From contig JBFIHX010000001.1 of assembly GCA_041601615.1 (NCBI GenBank), forward strand, positions 32,001-96,000: 64,000 nt of DNA, written 5' to 3'. The position numbers were made by a program, and so were the translations under genes. The stretch comes from Thermoplasmatota archaeon (lineage in GTDB: Archaea; Thermoplasmatota; E2; JACPAO01; JAHFTW01). Position 1 is the first letter of the stretch. The number at the start of each line of letters is the position of its first letter. A model generated the notes under the pieces. It searched no databases. It worked only from the letters and a program-made list of their open reading frames with translations, and was not told the origin of the DNA. Positions 19,147 to 25,221 of this stretch are shown here, piece by piece.

Positions 19147-20043
19147 ATGAAACAGTTCACCCCTCTGCTCTTCGCAGTGCTCATGCTCTCAGGATGCGTC
19201 GGAAACGTGGAGCGCGCCGACTTGGTCGTCGCCAGTTACCCAGCCTACTTCGTCGCTTCCAACCTCGCCGGCGAGGACCTAAGCATCGCCGACCTAAATG
19301 GGGGCGCCCTGCACGGCTTCGAGGCCAGCGCACGCGATCTCGACCAACTGCGAACCTCCAGCCACCTCGTACTTTGGGACGAGGGCCTCGAATCATGGGC
19401 GCACCGCGCCGAAGCCGCTCTCGGCTCCTCCGCGCCAAAAGTCATCGAGATTACCGCATTGCCGGCAGGGGATGATCACCTGGAAGGCGGGGAAGAGGGC
19501 CATGGTGCCGGGCATGACCATGGAAAACTCGACCACGACCCCCATACCTGGAACGACCCCCTCGCCATGCGGGCCAGTGTCCAGGTACTCGAGGCCTACC
19601 TCATCGAGGCCTACCCCGAGTTCGCAGACAACATCGAAACGCGCGCGACGGACCTCAAGCAGCGCCTCGCCGAACTGCACGAGGCCTATGCATCTTCCCT
19701 GTCCGATTGCGCCCGTGACACGGTCGTCACGAACCACGAAGCCTACAACTACATGGCCCAGCGCTACGATTTCCACATATTCGCCCTCCACGGCATCGAA
19801 CCCGGGTCCGAACCGTCCCCCAAGACCGTGGACGAAGCCATCCAGAAGATCAAGGATCTCAAAATCCCTGTCATCTTCATCGAAGAGGGCACCGATTCTG
19901 GTGCCTTGAAGGCAATCCGTGACGAGACCGGCGTCCAAGTTCGCGTTCTCATCACCAGCGAGACCCGACCAGCAACCGGCGACTACATTGACTCGCAGAA
20001 TCGCAACCTGGATGAACTTCGATTCGCGTTGGGCTGCGCTTGA
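19147..20043 (+). CDS. znuA: Zn/Mn ABC transporter substrate-binding lipoprotein (ZnuA/AdcA family)
   Basis: Lipobox LSGC, LHGFE, His-rich loop, DPHTW, NHEAYNY. Confidence 0.88.
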   Translation: MKQFTPLLFAVLMLSGCVGNVERADLVVASYPAYFVASNLAGEDLSIADLNGGALHGFEASARDLDQLRTSSHLVLWDEGLESWAHRAEAALGSSAPKVIEITALPAGDDHLEGGEEGHGAGHDHGKLDHDPHTWNDPLAMRASVQVLEAYLIEAYPEFADNIETRATDLKQRLAELHEAYASSLSDCARDTVVTNHEAYNYMAQRYDFHIFALHGIEPGSEPSPKTVDEAIQKIKDLKIPVIFIEEGTDSGALKAIRDETGVQVRVLITSETRPATGDYIDSQNRNLDELRFALGCA

Positions 20044-20750
20044 GCATCCACGCGACGGATCTCTGCGTCCACTACGGCGACTATTGCGCATTGCATCACA
20101 TCGACTTCCAAGCCGAAGCGGGAGAGTTCATCGGCGTCGTCGGCCCCAACGGTGGTGGCAAGACGACGCTCATGCGTGCCCTCTTGGGCCTGCTGCGCTC
20201 TGCGCATGGCGAGCTCCGCGTCGACGGGCACGTCGCCTACGTCGCCCAAGACGCCGTTCATATGGATCCCAACATTCCGGTATCAGTCATGGAATTCGCA
20301 AACCTCGGCCGCCTGGACCGACGGTTCTGGCGCCGACCTTCGCAGGAAGACCGCGCCCGCATCCAGGAAGCCCTCGAAGAAACAGGCGTCTGGAACCTAC
20401 GGGCGCGGCGCCTCTCAGCACTCAGTGGCGGCCAACGCCAACGCGTTCACCTCGCCCAGGCCTTATGCCAAGACGCGAAGGTCCTGTTGCTGGACGAACC
20501 CACGACCGGCGTCGACCCCAAGAGCCGCCAAGAGCTTTACCAACTTCTGCGGCACTTGAGCCATGACCACGGGATCACCATCATCATGGTCAGCCACGAT
20601 ACCGAAAGTCTCGCCGACATTGCCGATCGGATCATCGTAGTGGACAAGACCAAGCGATTCGACGGCAACGGCCAGGCATACCGGGAGTGGTCTCGAACAG
20701 CACTTGAGCTCCCGGTTGACAACCCGTTCGGCGCGCACGAGGTACCATGA
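20040..20750 (+). CDS. znuC: Zn/Mn ABC transporter ATP-binding protein
   Basis: GPNGGGKTT, LSGGQRQR, LLLDEPT, VSHD. Confidence 0.9.
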   Translation: MSIHATDLCVHYGDYCALHHIDFQAEAGEFIGVVGPNGGGKTTLMRALLGLLRSAHGELRVDGHVAYVAQDAVHMDPNIPVSVMEFANLGRLDRRFWRRPSQEDRARIQEALEETGVWNLRARRLSALSGGQRQRVHLAQALCQDAKVLLLDEPTTGVDPKSRQELYQLLRHLSHDHGITIIMVSHDTESLADIADRIIVVDKTKRFDGNGQAYREWSRTALELPVDNPFGAHEVP

Positions 20751-21553
20751 GCTTCGACCTGTTCCTGACGGAGCCCTACTTTCAGCGCGTCCTTGCGACG
20801 GCCTTGGTCGTCGCGGCCACCTCTGCAGTCATCGGCGTATTCCTCGTCCAACGTGGCATGGCCTTGTTCGGCGATGGCATCGCGCACATGTCCTTTGCTG
20901 GCATCGCGCTTGGCTTCGTTGCGGGGTGGATGCCCTTGGGAGCCGCCATCGCCGTGGCCAGCCTCGGCGCCCTCGCCGTCCAAGAATTACAGCGCCGCAA
21001 TTGGGCCCGCTCCGATGCAGCCCTTGGCATTGTCTACACATCCTGCCTCGCCTTGGGTGTCGTCTTGGTCAGCAGCCAAGGATCGGTCCCGGTGGACGTC
21101 GAGTCGTATCTATTTGGCAACCTGCTTCTGGCGGGCGAACGAGAATTCACTCTAGCCGCAATCATAGCAGTGATTGTCGCCGGCACAGTCACGTTGCTGT
21201 GGAGGCCGTTCGTGCTGCTGTCGTTTGGCGAGGAACGTGCCAAGGTGCAGGGCTTGCCCGCAAAGGGCCTCAACACAATCTTCACGATTCTTACAGCCCT
21301 CGCCGTCGTCGCGTCTGTACGCGTCGTCGGTGTGCTGCTTGTCAGCGGCTTGCTCATCATTCCAGCGTCCGCCGCCAGTCGTCTAGCCCGCAGTATGCGC
21401 CAAGCGGTCCTTCTGAGCATTGCGTTCGCGTTGGGTGCGGTCGTCTTTGGCTTGGCAATCAGTGCCGAGTTCTCATTGGCGAGCGGGGCGACCATTGCGC
21501 TCACCGCCGCCGCCATCTTCGTGGCAACGGGATTTGCGCCCGGACGCAGGTGA
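20747..21553 (+). CDS. znuB: Zn/Mn ABC transporter permease
   Basis: GDGIAHMSFAG, DAALGI, SYLFGNL, VVGVLLVSGLLIIPA. Confidence 0.9.
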   Translation: MSFDLFLTEPYFQRVLATALVVAATSAVIGVFLVQRGMALFGDGIAHMSFAGIALGFVAGWMPLGAAIAVASLGALAVQELQRRNWARSDAALGIVYTSCLALGVVLVSSQGSVPVDVESYLFGNLLLAGEREFTLAAIIAVIVAGTVTLLWRPFVLLSFGEERAKVQGLPAKGLNTIFTILTALAVVASVRVVGVLLVSGLLIIPASAASRLARSMRQAVLLSIAFALGAVVFGLAISAEFSLASGATIALTAAAIFVATGFAPGRR

Positions 21554-21629
21554 TCTTTCGCCACCGGAGCCCGAACGTCGAATGGGGCCGGTTTGCCTCA
21601 TCTCAACGCGTGCGATTTTGGCGAGGCCG

Positions 21630-21710
21630 CCCTAACACTCGAGCTGACCCGTCGCCAGCGAAGCGAGCTTGCGACCTCAGGAAGTGGTCGGGTCGAGTGG
21701 CTTGTTAGAC
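21630..21710 (-). mobile_element. attC recombination site (81 bp)
   Basis: Minus strand GTCTAAC AAGCC ACTCGACCCG...CGGGTCAGC TCGAGT GTTAGGG; L'' carries the extra unpaired base; R'' overlaps the TAA stop of the upstream gene. Confidence 0.88.
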
Positions 21711-22094
21711 AGCGCGTTTTACTCTCGTTTGCTGCTGGGTCAGCAACCAAGCGATGCGGCGGTGCGAAGCGAAATGATGAATCACAATTCCACTCGCGAA
21801 CAGGAGGCTAGCAACGCTCCACCCCGCGAGGATGAAGCCGCCAAGTCCCGCCACAAAGACGACGATCTCAATGGCAAGGCGAGTCGCGCCCCCTACCTCC
21901 ACAGGTGCATGCCCCTTGGAGCTTGGATCTTCGGGGACGCGAAAAATCACCCACGCGACCACGCCCACGGTGGGCAACCCGGCCGCCAACAGAAGGCGTG
22001 CCCATCCTGAGGTTGCCTGCAAACCAATTAGCGTGAGGCCGACGATTGCGGCAAGCTCGAGAGTAAACCGAAGAGCAAGGTTCGCGGGGTTCAT
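21705..22094 (-). CDS. YrdB/DUF2568-family membrane protein (gene cassette 2)
   Basis: NLALRFTLELAA...W..F.VP.DP...RLAIE motif; bounded by two attC sites. Confidence 0.8.
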   Translation of the reverse strand: MNPANLALRFTLELAAIVGLTLIGLQATSGWARLLLAAGLPTVGVVAWVIFRVPEDPSSKGHAPVEVGGATRLAIEIVVFVAGLGGFILAGWSVASLLFASGIVIHHFASHRRIAWLLTQQQTRVKRAV

Positions 22095-22158
22095 GTGTGG
22101 TACTGCGGGGGGCATTCTCCAACCACAGTCAATGGAAGGCGGTGCCACGCTTAGCGCT

Positions 22159-22224
22159 GCCTAACGGTCGAACTGACCCGCTCCGGAGCGAAGCGGAGGA
22201 GTCGGGTTGAGTGACTTGTTAGCT
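22159..22224 (-). mobile_element. attC recombination site (66 bp)
   Basis: Minus strand AGCTAAC AAGTC ACTCAACCCG-A-CTCC...GGAG-CGGGTCAGT TCGACC GTTAGGC; folds with two extrahelical bases at the canonical positions. Confidence 0.9.
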
Positions 22225-22226
22225 GG

Positions 22227-22682
22227 TCAAGATTGAAGCCCGATGCGGCCGGAACCGCAAGTTAGGTCAACCACGATGGCAATCGCGGTGATTGCAAACA
22301 CGCCGAGAACTGCTTGCCACATCTTGTAGGAACTGAAATGATACCATCGGCGCAGCTCAGGGTATTCCGTATCATTGCGTCCGGCTGTCGCATGAATAAC
22401 GGCGAGGCCATTGGCTGCGTCCTTCTCGAAAGCCTCCAAATGCTTGCCGGCGATAACTTCGTGCAGCCGGTGTTTCGCCATCAACTGCATGGACGCCAGG
22501 GCGACCAGGAAGGACAGGAGCGCGGCCACCAGTCGTGGGCCGCGTGAAATATCCGCTCCGAGCAATATCGAAAACAAGAATGCTTGAGCGGTTAGGCTCA
22601 ACACAGGAGTCTGCCACAACAGCGTATCAAGGCTTGTGCGGCGATCCGCCAGTACGGCGTATTGGCGTTTATCGATGGACAC
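22227..22682 (-). CDS. Hypothetical membrane protein (gene cassette 1)
   Basis: 151 aa, about 3 TM segments; starts 39 nt after the GTTAGCT core G and ends 2 nt before attC. Confidence 0.75.
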   Translation of the reverse strand: MSIDKRQYAVLADRRTSLDTLLWQTPVLSLTAQAFLFSILLGADISRGPRLVAALLSFLVALASMQLMAKHRLHEVIAGKHLEAFEKDAANGLAVIHATAGRNDTEYPELRRWYHFSSYKMWQAVLGVFAITAIAIVVDLTCGSGRIGLQS

Positions 22683-22714
22683 AGATTGTGAGGGGCGCCA
22701 TAGTTCTTGAACCC

Positions 22715-22733
22715 AGCTAACTTGGTATTATCC
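22715..22733 (-). mobile_element. attI-like primary recombination site (GGATAAT ACCAA GTTAGCT)
   Basis: Same layout as class 1 attI1 (CCCTAAA ACAAA GTTRRRY); GTTAGCTGG is the exact reverse complement of the cassette-1 attC end CCAGCTAAC. Confidence 0.65.
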
Positions 22734-22834
22734 CGCCTCCTTGGTATTATCCCGCCTCCTTGGTATTATCCCGCCTCCTTGGTATTATCCCGCCTCCTTG
22801 GTATTATCCCGCCTCCTTGGTATTATCCCGCATC
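22721..22834 (+). repeat. Tandem repeat, 6 x 19 bp (CTTGGTATTATCCCGCCTC), last copy with one mismatch
   Basis: Directly visible; no spacers between copies. Confidence 0.97.
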
Positions 22835-22880
22835 AGCCCCTTCTTAGTATCGTCCATTCCCATTTTTTTAGCACCGACCA

Positions 22881-22996
22881 GCGGACATGTCCAAAACTTG
22901 CCGAGGCCACATACAAGAAAAATATTTGCGTAGTCTGGCATATCGCAAATATTAACATGTAACTAAAACTTGCCAGGCGCCACTGGACATGTCCGC
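22881..22996. other. AT-rich element with nested inverted repeats
   Basis: GCGGACATGTCCA (22881-22893)/TGGACATGTCCGC (22984-22996); AATATTTGCG (22921-22930)/CGCAAATATT (22944-22953); AAAACTTGCC direct repeat at 22893 and 22965. Confidence 0.8.
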
Positions 22997-23140
22997 CCCA
23001 CACCCCCCAGTTTCCCACCCCCCATCCAAATTCATCAAGTAACGCATTACCCAAAATATTCAATAGAACCCACACCCCGCCAATAAAGCCGCCTCCAAAC
23101 CCACCCCGTTCAAATCACGCCCACCCCAGTCCACCCATAG

Positions 23141-23968
23141 ATGCGAACGCGCGTAGCCCTCTACACCCGCGTCAGCACGGAAGACCAAGCCAAAGAGGGA
23201 TTCAGCCTCGACGCGCAGCTGGATCGGCTCCAGAAGTACGCCGCGGCGCAAGACTGGGACATCGTCGACGCGTACGTGGACGAGGGCCAGAGCGGGCGCA
23301 CCACGAAGCGCCCCGAATACCAACGGATGCTTGCGGACCGCGAGCGTTGGGACACAATCCTTGTTCTGAAGATGGACCGCATCCACCGCAACAGCCGCAA
23401 CTTCATGGGCATGATGGACGCCCTGACGCGGGAGAACAAGGGATTTGCTAGCGTCACAGAGAGCCTGGACACCAGCACCGCCATGGGACGCTTCGTCATG
23501 GACATCATCCAACGCATCGCACAACTGGAGTCGGAGCAAATCGGCGAGCGCGTGTTTGTTGGCATGGAGCAGAAAGCCAAAACCTCCGGTGGCAGTCTCG
23601 GCAAGCCCGCGCCCTTCGGCTACGTCTACGGCGAAGACAGCGTGCTTCAGGTGGTCGCGGAGGAGGCGCCACATGTGCGATTCCTGTTCGAGACCTTCCG
23701 CGACGGCGCCGGCAAGCAGGCTCTTGCGGACGCGCTGAACGAACAGGGCGTGCCCACGCGCCGCAACACGATCTGGACGGTCTGGAACGTCACAGGCATC
23801 CTCTCGAACCCCACGTACGCCGGCGCGCTGCCGTGGGGTGAGCAATTGCAGATCGGCGCACACGAGCCCATCATTGGGCCCAAGCTGTTCAATCAAGTCC
23901 AGGATCGATTGCAAAGTACGTCCACCAAACGAACGTTTGTGCGGCTGCCTCAGGAGACGCTGTCTTAG
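23141..23968 (+). CDS. Serine recombinase (resolvase catalytic domain plus recombinase domain, no zinc ribbon/coiled coil)
   Basis: YTRVSTEDQ (catalytic Ser), DEGQSG...RP, KMDRIHR, APFGY, ILSNPTYAG, HEPII; 275 aa. Confidence 0.93.
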   Translation: MRTRVALYTRVSTEDQAKEGFSLDAQLDRLQKYAAAQDWDIVDAYVDEGQSGRTTKRPEYQRMLADRERWDTILVLKMDRIHRNSRNFMGMMDALTRENKGFASVTESLDTSTAMGRFVMDIIQRIAQLESEQIGERVFVGMEQKAKTSGGSLGKPAPFGYVYGEDSVLQVVAEEAPHVRFLFETFRDGAGKQALADALNEQGVPTRRNTIWTVWNVTGILSNPTYAGALPWGEQLQIGAHEPIIGPKLFNQVQDRLQSTSTKRTFVRLPQETLS

Positions 23969-24132
23969 TCCCCTCCTGTTGGGCCTCTGTTACCGAGCAC
24001 CTGGGCGTTTGAGGTTCGGTCTACCGTTCATCAAACGAAGCTCGACCTCGTTTTCCAAAGGGACTATATACTGCGCTTTTGCAGGGGCTTGGTAATGCCA
24101 ATATTTTCGTCTTTTCGCAATTGACGATATAT

Positions 24133-24561
24133 TCACGAATCGGCGGATTCCAGGGGTTTGCTGGCGCCGACGGTCAAAAGCAGCAGGATATCCGACTCGA
24201 CTTGCCCTAGTGTCCGGTTGGCAAGAAAGTATGCGGCGAGAAACACTCCGGCAAAGGTGTTCGACACGGTCCTGAACAAGGAAAGCGCCGCCGACGTCTC
24301 CGAAGTTGCTCCGATGGCGCCCACGACGGCGACGGCAACGGCGGAGATCACAGACGCAAACAGGAAGGGCATCAGGAAGGCGCGGACGATCAGCCATTTG
24401 TTCATCAGGCGGGTGCGTTGCTGGAGAATCGCTTGCTCAATCAGACCTAGGTGGGGGGCCTCTTGCAGTCCATCCACGAGGTGACGGAAGCGATTGTTGA
24501 ACCACCACTTCCAGGGGTGGGAATATGGGTACACGAGCCGAGTAGAGCGGCCGTGCATCAA
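24133..24561 (-). CDS. Hypothetical membrane protein
   Basis: Two hydrophobic segments; start uncertain. Confidence 0.45.
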   Translation of the reverse strand: MMHGRSTRLVYPYSHPWKWWFNNRFRHLVDGLQEAPHLGLIEQAILQQRTRLMNKWLIVRAFLMPFLFASVISAVAVAVVGAIGATSETSAALSLFRTVSNTFAGVFLAAYFLANRTLGQVESDILLLLTVGASKPLESADS

Positions 24562-24648
24562 GGCCCCTTCGTTCAGATTCTACGGACAACTAGGGGGCGT
24601 GGTGAGGAAGGGGGATGAGGATGGGATGCTAGTTCTGTGGTGGTCAGG

Positions 24649-24714
24649 TCACGAGGGTACACGTTCTGTGTATTCCCACTCGTCCGTGACCACGCGAATC
24701 CACGCGTAGTTCAT
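24649..24714 (-). CDS. Candidate 21-aa small protein MNYAWIRVVTDEWEYTERVPS
   Basis: ATG preceded by GGGAGGT Shine-Dalgarno; below the ORF-track length cutoff. Confidence 0.4.
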   Translation of the reverse strand: MNYAWIRVVTDEWEYTERVPS

Positions 24715-24921
24715 GGAGTACCTCCCGGTATGGGTCCCCTAGCTCGGCGGCCTCCCAACCGCGTCCTTACTGGGGGAAGTGGACACGGGCTGCGAACCAA
24801 TATAGGGGTTTCCAAACGAAGCCCTGCTGCGCCTCCAACTTCTGCAACAAGTGCATTAATTCGCTAATAAGCGCAAAAACGGAAATGGTTGCGTATTAGT
24901 GCACAAACCCAACCTAGGGGG

Positions 24922-25221
24922 CTATTCGAGCAGGGTGAAAAGAACGTCATCTTCGCCCACGTCGAACACACCGAGGCGCGCGCCCGCATCAAGCCAGCCA
25001 TGGGCGTAATTGACCTGTGCAAACGCATTGACGAAGTCTCCTCGAGCATGGTTGTGCACGGCATCGGCATGGTAGCTTGTTGCCATTTCCATGAAACTCT
25101 CCGCCATGCGCGCTGCGAAGCTCCGGCCAGGCGCCACGATGCGCGCTTTGGCAATTGCGCGCTTCGTCAGGTCCAGGTAGCGCTCTATTTTGGCGGGGGT
25201 GATCTCCGTCAGCGATTCCAC
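24922..25221 (-). CDS. DUF357 family archaeal protein
   Basis: MATSYHADA.H....GDFVNAFAQVNYAHGWLDAGARLGVF. Confidence 0.9.
   Translation of the reverse strand: MESLTEITPAKIERYLDLTKRAIAKARIVAPGRSFAARMAESFMEMATSYHADAVHNHARGDFVNAFAQVNYAHGWLDAGARLGVFDVGEDDVLFTLLE

Noticed and set aside
22721-22834. 19-bp repeats as a CRISPR array
   Set aside because: Units are head-to-tail with no spacers, and there are no cas genes in the window.
23141-24600. Prophage or transposon carried by the serine recombinase
   Set aside because: No phage, transposase, TnpB or replication genes and no flanking att duplications were found; the protein lacks the zinc-ribbon/coiled-coil region of phage integrases.
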